64,000 bases of DNA. Origin: a virus. Taxonomy: Duplodnaviria; Caudoviricetes. Within the stretch, counting starts at the first letter, position 1, and every line of letters starts with the position of its first letter. The position numbers and the translations under genes are program-made. The DNA lies in the IMG/VR virus record IMGVR_UViG_2974586258_000001, positions 32,001 through 96,000 of that record. One strand, 5' to 3'. Positions 48,597 through 57,174 of this stretch are shown here, piece after piece. The notes below the pieces were generated by a model. The model was given only the letters and a program-made list of their open reading frames with translations, was not told the origin of the DNA and searched no databases.

Positions 48597-48851
48597 TTAA
48601 CACCCCAATTCAGATTGAGATTTAGTCGTATCAATACTCTTTTGCATTTGAAGCCTCTCCAACTCGGCTTGGATAACTTTATGGGCAGCAAGGTAGTCTT
48701 CAAACATCTGATTCAAGTTTTCATACTTTTCTTTCAGTTCTTCTAGTTCCTGTTTTTCTTGCAAGTACATTTTTGCAATTTTATAACCTGTGCTGATAAC
48801 TGATAGGTTCATAGCTTCTTCATGCAGTTCAAAATTGTTGAGTTTATTCAT
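48597..48851 (-). CDS. Hypothetical coiled-coil protein
   Basis: AGGAG RBS; followed by hairpin GAGCCC-GCAA-GGGGTTC. Confidence 0.6.
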   Translation of the reverse strand: MNKLNNFELHEEAMNLSVISTGYKIAKMYLQEKQELEELKEKYENLNQMFEDYLAAHKVIQAELERLQMQKSIDTTKSQSELGC

Positions 48852-48854
48852 AGT

Positions 48855-49187
48855 TCATACTCCTTTTGTCAGTTTTTCGTAGAGTTCCCAAGCTTCTGTA
48901 ATTTCAGTTGGTTGTTCATAAGGGACAAAACCACCTTCATCGTCTGCCCATTTCCTTCCACATTGAGAGCAAATTGTCCAAATTGCACCGCCTCGATAAG
49001 TATCTTCATGTTCGCATTGATACATTTCTGCAAAATTTGTAATCTTTTTAATAGTTTGTTTAACCTGTTCCGTGGTAACTCCTACTGGAAGTTTATCCTC
49101 GTTGCTTTTAGAGCTGATTAGCATTTCTGCAAGTTCAAAGCTCGTATACTGTTTAGCAAGGTTTGTAATTTCATTTTGATTATTCAT
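48855..49187 (-). CDS. Hypothetical Zn-binding protein
   Basis: CEHEDTYRGGAIWTICSQCGRKWADD phage motif. Confidence 0.7.
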   Translation of the reverse strand: MNNQNEITNLAKQYTSFELAEMLISSKSNEDKLPVGVTTEQVKQTIKKITNFAEMYQCEHEDTYRGGAIWTICSQCGRKWADDEGGFVPYEQPTEITEAWELYEKLTKGV

Positions 49188-49456
49188 TTGTTTTCTCCTA
49201 AATATTTAAACAATGGGTCGTTCATATATGACTCTAACATGGTAGTTGCCTCATGTAAAGCATCTTTAAACAGGAAAGATTTTCCTGATTTCATTACTAA
49301 ATGTCCAGCATAAATAGTCCAAGTAACATCCTCAAGAATACCATATCTGGTAACTTTTGCACTCCATCTTGTTTCTGTTGATATTGTTGCAAGTTTAGTA
49401 ATTTTACTATTCTTTTCAAGTTTTGTTTTAATCTCTATATTTAACATGCTCATCAC
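49184..49456 (-). CDS. Hypothetical protein
   Basis: Packed operon. Confidence 0.55.
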   Translation of the reverse strand: MMSMLNIEIKTKLEKNSKITKLATISTETRWSAKVTRYGILEDVTWTIYAGHLVMKSGKSFLFKDALHEATTMLESYMNDPLFKYLGENK

Positions 49457-49650
49457 TTATTAAACCAATGAACATGGGTTGCTTCTTCCGGGGCGGGTTT
49501 AAAAGCTGTAAAATCATAAGAATAGTGTGTTTCTGTTCCCCAATACCCACACCCATCACTTGGGACGAATGCTCCAATTTTTACACAATAGAGCCATTCT
49601 TGTTTCATCATGACTTCACCATAGCTAGTTCTTTCAATATCAAATTTCAT
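49453..49650 (-). CDS. Hypothetical protein
   Basis: F.P.DG.GYW...P..ATHV.WFNK phage motif. Confidence 0.65.
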   Translation of the reverse strand: MKFDIERTSYGEVMMKQEWLYCVKIGAFVPSDGCGYWGTETHYSYDFTAFKPAPEEATHVHWFNK

Positions 49651-50035
49651 ACTTTTCTCCTTTGTTTACATATAGTTTACAATATTCATATAACTCTGGT
49701 TTGACTATTTTAATAAGTTGTAAATCTTCTGGTAGAAGGTTATGAGGATCTTCTACCAAATCACTAACGAGGTTAATATAATCTATTTTCTTTATTTCGT
49801 CAACAACATATTGAGGTGGATTCAAACCGAGACAGTGATAATCAAACATTTCCAGTTGTCTACAGTATTGGCAGTACCTTAATCCGTCTCCTTTAAAATA
49901 GAATGGTGTTTCATACTTATAGGTTCCAGGTGTAGGTTCCTTAATAATTACAAACTCGTGTTTGTGTACAATCTTACACCTTTGTAAACCAATAAAATCT
50001 TTAACTTTATTTAATAGTTTAATAATCACATTCAA
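49640..50035 (-). CDS. Hypothetical protein
   Basis: GGAGG RBS; HCLGLNPP motif. Confidence 0.6.
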   Translation of the reverse strand: MNVIIKLLNKVKDFIGLQRCKIVHKHEFVIIKEPTPGTYKYETPFYFKGDGLRYCQYCRQLEMFDYHCLGLNPPQYVVDEIKKIDYINLVSDLVEDPHNLLPEDLQLIKIVKPELYEYCKLYVNKGEKYEI

Positions 50036-50149
50036 AACCTCCGTTAAACGAACTGTATAGCACTTTAAATCAATTCTGTTAGCTTGTCAATACCATCGTG
50101 GCACTAATGCTGTAAAATTGCTTAGAAACGACTATAAGAGCTTTTGTGT

Positions 50150-50241
50150 ATTGTAATATAGCTTTGTGTGAATGTCAAGAGTAAATTTTCACTGAGTTTT
50201 ATGTAATATGTGTTGACAATAGGTTGTTACCTATTTACTAT
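50150..50241. promoter_or_regulatory. Divergent sigma70 promoters
   Basis: Minus TTGACA-17-TACAAT (50178-50150); plus TTGACA-17-TACTAT (50213-50241). Confidence 0.8.
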
Positions 50242-50273
50242 GATCCAAGTTAACCAAACAAGAGGTAAAGTGT

Positions 50274-50828
50274 ATGACAACAATTATCATTGATGAAAAG
50301 ACAAAGGCAATTTATGCAGACAGTCAAACCACCACAACAGAAACAGCTTCAAACTCTAGTATTATTTTTCCTAAGAATGAGTTTAAAGTAATAACACTTC
50401 AACCAGATGCTGAGAAAGTTTTCTATATTTCTAAAGAGGTGGGTTGGATTACCGCTACAGGTTGCGTAAAAATGCTGAATGAGTGTGTACAATTAAGTGC
50501 AAGGAACAATGAATTTACCTTACCTGATATTTCTAAAGGTTACAATGATGTTAAAATTATCAATGTGAATTACGGCATAGGTAGTAAAATTGATGTTATG
50601 GTGTATCAACCAAAGACAAAGAAAATTTATTGTCTCTTTGAAAAACATTATTGGAAAGATTCTTGGACTCGACTTGGCACAGACTCTATTCTGTTTTATG
50701 GAAGCGGGTCACTGTATGCCGAAGGTGCTTACCGAGCTTGTAACGATCCTGTTCAATCTATTATTGCAGCTTCAAAGTGTGACTTATATACAAACGCAAA
50801 CGTTAAAGTTCATAAACTAGAAGATTAA
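50274..50828 (+). CDS. HslV/proteasome-beta-like Ntn peptidase
   Basis: MTTI...IYADSQTT N-terminal Thr nucleophile; GSGS..A.GA; A.KCD.YT. Confidence 0.75.
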   Translation: MTTIIIDEKTKAIYADSQTTTTETASNSSIIFPKNEFKVITLQPDAEKVFYISKEVGWITATGCVKMLNECVQLSARNNEFTLPDISKGYNDVKIINVNYGIGSKIDVMVYQPKTKKIYCLFEKHYWKDSWTRLGTDSILFYGSGSLYAEGAYRACNDPVQSIIAASKCDLYTNANVKVHKLED

Positions 50829-50837
50829 AATTCAGGT

Positions 50838-51020
50838 AAAAGAAAAGCCACAACCTTTCGGAAGTAGCTTTAATTGTGTTAAGAGAGGAGAGGCTATGAA
50901 AGAAAATAGAAATAAGTTATATTGCATAACTAAAGAGCAAGGAGAGGATAGGGTGGATGTACAACTAGAGAAGGAGGACTCATGATCATTGTACATCACT
51001 TGTGGCTCACAGAGCCTAAT
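50838..51020 (-). ncRNA. Putative CU-rich small RNA with an anti-Shine-Dalgarno loop
   Basis: Downstream of tRNA-Pro; hairpin displaying UCCUCCUU; two more CCUCUCCU tracts; ends in an intrinsic terminator. Confidence 0.55.
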
Positions 51021-51027
51021 CTTAAAT

Positions 51028-51102
51028 TGGTTCGAGTGTGGTGAATCGAACACCAGAATTTTCCGCCCCAAACGGAACGACATACCACTTGCCTACACTC
51101 GG
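51028..51102 (-). tRNA. tRNA-Pro(UGG) with C1:A72 mismatch
   Basis: CCGAGTG/CACTCGA-A-CCA; anticodon arm TTCCG-TTTGGGG-CGGAA; T arm TGGTG-TTCGATT-CACCA. Confidence 0.92.
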
Positions 51103-51126
51103 AATATTTTTGCTAATCTATAAACA

Positions 51127-51155
51127 ATATTAACATGGAAATTATAAAATGTCAA
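51127..51155 (-). promoter_or_regulatory. Promoter for tRNA-Pro (TTGACA-17-TAATAT)
   Basis: Member of the 9-copy motif. Confidence 0.78.
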
Positions 51156-51169
51156 GGTAGTTTATAAAA

Positions 51170-51517
51170 TTATTTTAAATTTTTAGGATATATTGTAATC
51201 CTAAACATGGTATTTGGATTATCAGGGTCTGTTAGCGAGTAATATACCGCAATATCACTGGTAGATACACTCCAGAAGTCAAGAGGCAACCCACTCACTG
51301 TTGTAGCCAGTGTCCGTGAAAACATATCTGCTTCATCTTCCGATACGAATGTCGTATCTTGTTTGTCTATCACAACACCGTTCTTAATCACATTTAAAAC
51401 TACATGAAGGTTTGTTGGGACAGACTTGAAGTATTCTACTTCTTCGTGGGATAAAAGAGCAGCTTCCTTGCTGAGGTTTTCCGTACCAATCGGTTTGTTG
51501 TTGTTTTGTTGTTCCAT
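51170..51517 (-). CDS. Hypothetical protein
   Basis: ORF behind the conserved promoter at 51584-51556. Confidence 0.6.
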   Translation of the reverse strand: MEQQNNNKPIGTENLSKEAALLSHEEVEYFKSVPTNLHVVLNVIKNGVVIDKQDTTFVSEDEADMFSRTLATTVSGLPLDFWSVSTSDIAVYYSLTDPDNPNTMFRITIYPKNLK

Positions 51518-51608
51518 AATTAATAGTTCTTGTTAATAAATTAGTATATGATTTAACTTTATCATAAATATTTTAATTATTCAAGAACTTTATCATGCAA
51601 GTATTCTA

Positions 51609-52181
51609 TTACAGTGGTAAATCTAACAATCCATTATACATTTCTAATCTAGCACTTATATTTTGTGCCGCTTCTAATGATTCTATTTCCAACAATATCT
51701 CTTGATTCGGCTCTATAATCCAACCTGAACCATAAGAAGTTCCGACAGAACCTTTTGATTGATTAGAGGCATTGCCTTCTGCAAATATATCCGCCGCCCA
51801 TTTTGTTCCAAGACTAGCAGGAGCAACAGGGATTGTATAAATATCAAAATCTCTAAATGCTGGTTGACCATGTCTTAATGAGTATACAGGGTCTGGTGTT
51901 GGAAGAGTAACAGGGGTGAATCCAACATAGAACCTAGCAATTACTCCAGCACCTGTAAAAGTAAAGAATCTTGATTTTAAATCGATAGGTAGTGTTCTTG
52001 TTTTAATAATAGAATAAAATTTCTGATTAAGGCCAACATTAATTAATCTCCTACTAGCCTCCCATTGTGAACCTAACTTCTTATTAGATTCCTCATAGAA
52101 TTGAATATTAATAGCTCTGTTACCAGAGAATACTTCAGGAGGTATAATAGTAGATGATTGAGAGGATGATAAAATAGCCAT
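51609..52181 (-). CDS. Hypothetical, possibly virion-associated beta-rich protein
   Basis: Clean ORF under a conserved promoter of the class used by the structural genes. Confidence 0.6.
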   Translation of the reverse strand: MAILSSSQSSTIIPPEVFSGNRAINIQFYEESNKKLGSQWEASRRLINVGLNQKFYSIIKTRTLPIDLKSRFFTFTGAGVIARFYVGFTPVTLPTPDPVYSLRHGQPAFRDFDIYTIPVAPASLGTKWAADIFAEGNASNQSKGSVGTSYGSGWIIEPNQEILLEIESLEAAQNISARLEMYNGLLDLPL

Positions 52182-52474
52182 TATATTCCACCGACTTCTT
52201 GTATGTTAATTATTGCATTATCATAGTCATTAGCACATTTGGCCCAAATCTCTAGGCTGTTTGCTGTAATAATTTTAGTAGAATCTTCATTGAATATATT
52301 TGAAACTAAAACGCCGTCTTTAGATTGTGCTGATGGTTTGGTATTAGATTCAAAGAGGAGGATCATTGCATTTGTTTTTAATTGGATCGCCATTGGTGTT
52401 CCTATTGGCAATCCTGATAAAACATTAACCGAAGACCAATCTGTACCATTTATATTCTTGTCTGGTATTCCCAT
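52181..52474 (-). CDS. Hypothetical protein (start likely ATG at 52474)
   Basis: AAGG RBS; promoter at 52588-52560. Confidence 0.55.
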   Translation of the reverse strand: MGIPDKNINGTDWSSVNVLSGLPIGTPMAIQLKTNAMILLFESNTKPSAQSKDGVLVSNIFNEDSTKIITANSLEIWAKCANDYDNAIINIQEVGGI

Positions 52475-52607
52475 AATATGCCTTTTAGTTTGTTTAAATA
52501 TAATAAAACCCCATTCTGCCACAAGAGCAAAATAGGGTTAATAGTTATTTGATAAACTTATATTATCATATTTCCATAAAATTTTCAATATGTTAACAAT
52601 TTATATT

Positions 52608-52790
52608 TTACAGGATAAGATTTTTAAATTTAATCTTCTGTTGTCCTTTATCTTTGTACCAGACTTCAAGAGACAAAACAGTTTTATCTTGTTTGATATT
52701 CAAATCATGAACAACAATTTTATCAGCCTTGTAACAGAAACAAGAAAGTGAGTGTTCCAATAGTTTCTCAAGGTTCCTACTTGTTTTCAT
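52608..52790 (-). CDS. Hypothetical protein
   Basis: TAATG-coupled operon. Confidence 0.55.
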   Translation of the reverse strand: MKTSRNLEKLLEHSLSCFCYKADKIVVHDLNIKQDKTVLSLEVWYKDKGQQKIKFKNLIL

Positions 52791-53038
52791 TACTTATTGT
52801 ACTCCAAAATAAACATTGAACCAATGTGCTCATCTTTCATCAATTCAATCACATCTTCTTTTGCCGAGGTTGTTGGATCTGAGAGCATATCGTAAACAAG
52901 ATTTGTAAGATCTTCATCATAGAGATTGACAACATCGTCAACAATGAGAGCAAAGATCCTACTCCATGCCACAGAAGTATCAAATACCTCAGTATGGGTG
53001 TAATCATTAATGCGAGATAGTGTGATTTTATTAACCAT
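52790..53038 (-). CDS. Hypothetical protein
   Basis: AGGAGG RBS; translationally coupled. Confidence 0.6.
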   Translation of the reverse strand: MVNKITLSRINDYTHTEVFDTSVAWSRIFALIVDDVVNLYDEDLTNLVYDMLSDPTTSAKEDVIELMKDEHIGSMFILEYNK

Positions 53039-53328
53039 TATATTTCCTCCTTATCAACTCTTTTAAGTTTATCTTCTATAATTCCAATCCAATGTGTACC
53101 ACCATGATAACTGATTATGTCAAAATCAATAGACATATCTTTGTTAATTGCTGCATGATACATAGATATACCGTCAAATTCTTCATTTTCAATTTCAAAC
53201 TCAACCCTATAAAGCCTATTATTGATTTCAACATAATCAGGGAACCATTCATCAAATTCATGATTAATCACATAAGGTTGTTTAGCAACAAAGATCAATT
53301 TACCTTTATTACGTTTAGTGCAGCCCAT
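53038..53328 (-). CDS. Hypothetical protein
   Basis: GGAGG RBS. Confidence 0.6.
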   Translation of the reverse strand: MGCTKRNKGKLIFVAKQPYVINHEFDEWFPDYVEINNRLYRVEFEIENEEFDGISMYHAAINKDMSIDFDIISYHGGTHWIGIIEDKLKRVDKEEI

Positions 53329-53543
53329 TACCTACCTCCCCCCTGATATTTAATAATCATTTATTCCCTCTACTTAATTATAAATAAATTTAGTAATATA
53401 CTGAATTACAAAATCAAAAGCTTGAAATGAATAATACCAGAACACAAATGAAAATGCAAGCAACATGGCCCATACTACACGAATTGTTACTGGATTCCAT
53501 TTAAACTTAGATTTAAGATATTGATACATTATTGTTTCTCCTT

Positions 53544-53999
53544 TTATTCATCTTGATTAATCAACTGCTTTAGAATAGTGTTGCTCAGTCCGTTTGTCAA
53601 TACCTCAAAGCATTCTTTCATCATCTTTTCAACTGGATGATCAACAACAATTGTACTTTTAGAGATGCTTTCAAACTTAATCTTTTCTTCTTGCAACTCC
53701 AACATGAACATCAGACTCGCAAAGTCCTCTGGGAGAAGTAGTAGTTGTGTCTCTTTCTTGTTTTCTGGAATCCAAGCTGGATAATCGGCATACGTAAACT
53801 GTTTGTATTGATCATCTTTATACCAGCTACTAAAGTCATGACCTTCAGGATAGCCTCCGTAATCATTCCATTCATATCCAAAGTTATCATCATCTGATTT
53901 CAGAACAAAACCATTGAGTTTCAACAGGTTGCGAAAGCTATCATTAATTTTGTTGTCCCAGATACCTTTCAATGATACCTTATAAAGCGTTACATTCAT
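53544..53999 (-). CDS. Hypothetical (probably early) protein
   Basis: AGGAG RBS directly behind a sigma70 promoter. Confidence 0.65.
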   Translation of the reverse strand: MNVTLYKVSLKGIWDNKINDSFRNLLKLNGFVLKSDDDNFGYEWNDYGGYPEGHDFSSWYKDDQYKQFTYADYPAWIPENKKETQLLLLPEDFASLMFMLELQEEKIKFESISKSTIVVDHPVEKMMKECFEVLTNGLSNTILKQLINQDE

Positions 54000-54034
54000 T
54001 GCTATATACTCTCCTTTCTTGATTAGATGGGAGC

Positions 54035-54135
54035 ATAGTAGGCCACAACTCTCATGGTGTCAAGAGCGCAATGAAAAACTTTTGAAAGATTTTTGACATG
54101 TTAACTGTTGACATACTTTTCTTACGTGATATACT
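54035..54135. promoter_or_regulatory. Divergent sigma70 promoters at the main strand switch
   Basis: Minus TTGACA-17-TACTAT (54063-54035); plus TTGACA-16-TATACT (54108-54135). Confidence 0.8.
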
Positions 54136-54201
54136 AACAGCAATCAAAGACAAACAGGACAATACTACAAAAATGAAATCGCAGCTAAGGGGGAATAATG
54201 T

Positions 54202-54447
54202 ATGAGTTATCATAAATACCAAACTTATCGGTATAAAAGTTCAAGTGCATACTACATAAGAAACACCATTGTAACTATGAGATTAACTGTCACAATAGAC
54301 ACAAAAGGACAGAAGCAGTATAATTGGGAACGGGCAAGAACATGTGTAGTTGTCAGGGATAGACGGAACAATGATAAAGTAGCTTGGAAATATTCTATAA
54401 ATACTTTATTAAACATCAGATGTGGAGACAATTTGAACTATGATTGA
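54202..54447 (+). CDS. Hypothetical protein
   Basis: First ORF after the promoter; AAGGGG RBS. Confidence 0.55.
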   Translation: MSYHKYQTYRYKSSSAYYIRNTIVTMRLTVTIDTKGQKQYNWERARTCVVVRDRRNNDKVAWKYSINTLLNIRCGDNLNYD

Positions 54448-54718
54448 TAAATTTGAAGATTCATTTAGTGAATTCAGCAAAGATGAAGATATGATGTTCT
54501 GCAAGGATGTGATTCTTAGCCAAGCAGGTGAGTTGCATGATACTTACAAGTACATTTATGACTTTCATCGTCAGCATCCTTGTGAAGAGTTAGCTGTTGT
54601 ACTAAGATATGTAGAGCTTGCACGTATTGGGCTTGAAAATGCATATGATGTTTTAGATAATAAATTGTTTGACAAATCAGAAGCCCAAGATTATACTTGG
54701 ATCCCGAGTAAAGATTAA
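54440..54718 (+). CDS. Hypothetical protein
   Basis: GGAG RBS; packed operon. Confidence 0.6.
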   Translation: MIDKFEDSFSEFSKDEDMMFCKDVILSQAGELHDTYKYIYDFHRQHPCEELAVVLRYVELARIGLENAYDVLDNKLFDKSEAQDYTWIPSKD

Positions 54719-54727
54719 GGAGAAAGA

Positions 54728-55435
54728 ATGGATAAAACGAGTCTAGGTGATCGTATGAAGAAGTACGAAAAGGTAGCAAAAACTAATTTGATGCAAAGAA
54801 CACCTGTAATTATCAGGTTAGATGGTAAAGCATTCCATACTTATACTAAAAATTGCGATAAACCTTTTGACCAAGATTTGCATAAAATCAGAAAAGAGGT
54901 TCTTGAGTATCTTTGTGAAAATATCCAAGGTTGTGTTCTAGGTTATAGTCAATCTGATGAGATTACACTGGTTCTTAAAGATTGGCACACGTATAGTAGT
55001 CAAGCGTGGTTCGACAACAGTGTACAAAAACTATGTTCTATTAGTGCCAGTATGACTACTGCTATGTGGAACAGTTTAGTTTACAAGTATAACCTACAAG
55101 ACAAGTTTTCAGGACTGGCAGTATTTGATGCTAGGTGTTTTAACATTACAATCAACGAGGTTGTTAATTGTTTGATTTGGAGACAGCAAGATTGGGAACG
55201 AAACTCTGTACAAATGTTAGCAAGATCCTTTTATTCACAGAAGCAATGCCACGGTAAGAGCTGTAAAGACTTGGTAACAAAAATAGAAGAAGAACAAGGG
55301 GTTGTATGGGGAAATCTCGCTACTTGGCAGAAGAGAGGTGAGTTTTGGTTTGATGAAATATACGAAGAGACTCCTAAATTTAAAGATGTTCGTCAAGTTA
55401 TTGAGGAACTTTTGTATCTACAAAATGATAACTAA
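54728..55435 (+). CDS. tRNA-His guanylyltransferase Thg1-like protein (3'-5' polymerase)
   Basis: RMKKYE, IIRLDGKAFHTYT, YSQSDEI, FDAR and WRQQD..RNS motifs. Confidence 0.92.
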   Translation: MDKTSLGDRMKKYEKVAKTNLMQRTPVIIRLDGKAFHTYTKNCDKPFDQDLHKIRKEVLEYLCENIQGCVLGYSQSDEITLVLKDWHTYSSQAWFDNSVQKLCSISASMTTAMWNSLVYKYNLQDKFSGLAVFDARCFNITINEVVNCLIWRQQDWERNSVQMLARSFYSQKQCHGKSCKDLVTKIEEEQGVVWGNLATWQKRGEFWFDEIYEETPKFKDVRQVIEELLYLQNDN

Positions 55436-55456
55436 TTAGGTAAAGGGGAGTGACAA

Positions 55457-55714
55457 ATGGATAAAGTACGAGAAGAATTTGAAATGTGGTTGCGATCAAC
55501 AACCGATTTTTATACATATAGGACTAATTACGCTATGACAAAACCCGAAGATCAGCAGTACATGTGTCACAGAACAAACCTAGCTTGGTTCGCATGGAAA
55601 GCATCTCGCGAATCTGTTGTTGTAGATCTTCCTGAACACTGCAAAGGAAATGCTTTGACAGTTTCAGAACTTAAAGAACAGCTTGATAAAGAAGGAATTA
55701 AATATGACTTTTAA
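55457..55714 (+). CDS. Hypothetical phage protein
   Basis: REEFE.W...AW.AWKASR...V.LP motif. Confidence 0.65.
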   Translation: MDKVREEFEMWLRSTTDFYTYRTNYAMTKPEDQQYMCHRTNLAWFAWKASRESVVVDLPEHCKGNALTVSELKEQLDKEGIKYDF

Positions 55715-55985
55715 AGATAAACCAAAACAACTGTTTTCTGCAAAACAACTACTGGAAATTAACAGTGCCGCTACTAATTTGGCAAATACCTCAATATTTG
55801 AGGCGGGGATCTTATCTCTCGGAGGAGATCGTTATGTAGGGCAGGAGGAAGGTGCATTACTACCTCACATGAAACAACTTCTAAGGACACTACCTTTGAA
55901 ATTAATTTTTGAAGTTATGTCAGAACAGGAAAACAAGGAGAAAGTTAGTGGAAAAGAAAGCAACGCAGAAAAAGACAGCAACTAA
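55704..55985 (+). CDS. Hypothetical protein
   Basis: AAGGA RBS before the ATG at 55704. Confidence 0.55.
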   Translation: MTFKDKPKQLFSAKQLLEINSAATNLANTSIFEAGILSLGGDRYVGQEEGALLPHMKQLLRTLPLKLIFEVMSEQENKEKVSGKESNAEKDSN

Positions 55986-56283
55986 AAACACAGCATCAAA
56001 ACCTAAAAAGACAACCAAGAAGAAGTCTGACTTTGATGTTGATGCATTTGTTTTTGAAGTGGATATATCTAAAATTGAAGATTGGGTAAAAGGTATGTGT
56101 ATTGAACTTGATGACCCAGAATTTGAATGGCCATCTTATGATGAACAATATTGGCTAGGTCGTTGGTTGACAGACTTACCTTATTATCGGGCACATAATA
56201 TCCAGAAAACACTTGTTTCTGCACGAGAAAGCGCTATACTTGGACTGTATGATAAAACACAAAAGAAAAAAGAAAGGAGATAA
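55909..56283 (+). CDS. Hypothetical protein (true start likely GTG at 55948)
   Basis: AGGAG RBS; Lys-rich N-terminus. Confidence 0.55.
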   Translation: MKLCQNRKTRRKLVEKKATQKKTATKNTASKPKKTTKKKSDFDVDAFVFEVDISKIEDWVKGMCIELDDPEFEWPSYDEQYWLGRWLTDLPYYRAHNIQKTLVSARESAILGLYDKTQKKKERR

Positions 56284-56286
56284 GAA

Positions 56287-56517
56287 ATGAAAAAATCGAT
56301 TAAGGGTTTGACAATTCTTATTATTGTCAGTAGTATTATGATTGCAGGTACATTTGCACCTAGTGTCAATTCTAGTGAATCTAAGGCATACTCACGATAC
56401 AAACTTGTTTCTGAAAGCATTTCAGGAACATATAAGACTTGTTTGTACCGCAATGTTCGAGGTGAGACCAAGAGTACAAGTATTAACAAAGGTAAGCGTT
56501 GTCCAAGTACATATTGA
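56287..56517 (+). CDS. Small exported protein
   Basis: Signal peptide; two Cys (TCLY...CPS). Confidence 0.6.
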   Translation: MKKSIKGLTILIIVSSIMIAGTFAPSVNSSESKAYSRYKLVSESISGTYKTCLYRNVRGETKSTSINKGKRCPSTY

Positions 56518-56529
56518 TTAAGAGGTATT

Positions 56530-57159
56530 ATGAGAGGTGTTAAATTATTTGGTGTAGGAATAAAGGATAATGATGATATAACCCAACTAGAGAATAAGGA
56601 TAGAAGTTCTGGCAGAAAGGTTGTATGGAGATGTCCTTATTATCAGACATGGATGAGTCTTCTCAGAAGGTCTTATTCTGATATATTTAAAAATAAAAGT
56701 AAAACTTATGTTGGAGTGGTTGCCGACGAAAGATGGCACTATTTTTCAAGCTTTAAGGAGTGGATGCAACAACAAGACTGGGAAGGAAAAGATTTAGATA
56801 AAGACTTGATAGTCAGAGGTAACAAAATATATGGACCAGATACCTGCTGTTTTATAACAGAGAGATTAAATACAGAAATAACTCATCTAAAGAGGAAAGA
56901 TAAAGGGTTACTCGGTGCATCTTTCAAGAAAAAGAATAGAAAATATCAAAGTCAAATACTAATAGAAGGTAAGAAGATATACCTAGGATTATATGATAGT
57001 GAGTTAGATGCACACTTAAAGTGGTTGGATGAAAAGATCAAGAGAATCCTAGAAATAAAACAATATGAAAATAAGGAAGTACACAAGCATGTGGATAAGT
57101 TGCTAGAAGAAATGCAAAGATGTTTGGATAACAAAATTGAATTTTATTGGTATGAATAA
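56530..57159 (+). CDS. Free-standing HNH-type homing endonuclease with AP2 domain
   Basis: W..FS.FK.W, LDKDL...GNKIYGPDTCCFI..RLN and YLGLYD...AH motifs. Confidence 0.8.
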   Translation: MRGVKLFGVGIKDNDDITQLENKDRSSGRKVVWRCPYYQTWMSLLRRSYSDIFKNKSKTYVGVVADERWHYFSSFKEWMQQQDWEGKDLDKDLIVRGNKIYGPDTCCFITERLNTEITHLKRKDKGLLGASFKKKNRKYQSQILIEGKKIYLGLYDSELDAHLKWLDEKIKRILEIKQYENKEVHKHVDKLLEEMQRCLDNKIEFYWYE

Positions 57160-57174
57160 ATAAGGAGAAATAAA

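Noticed and set aside
50832-51083. 83-aa - strand ORF
   Set aside because: Starts inside tRNA-Pro, and its Ser/Leu/Phe bias simply reflects the CU-rich RNA.
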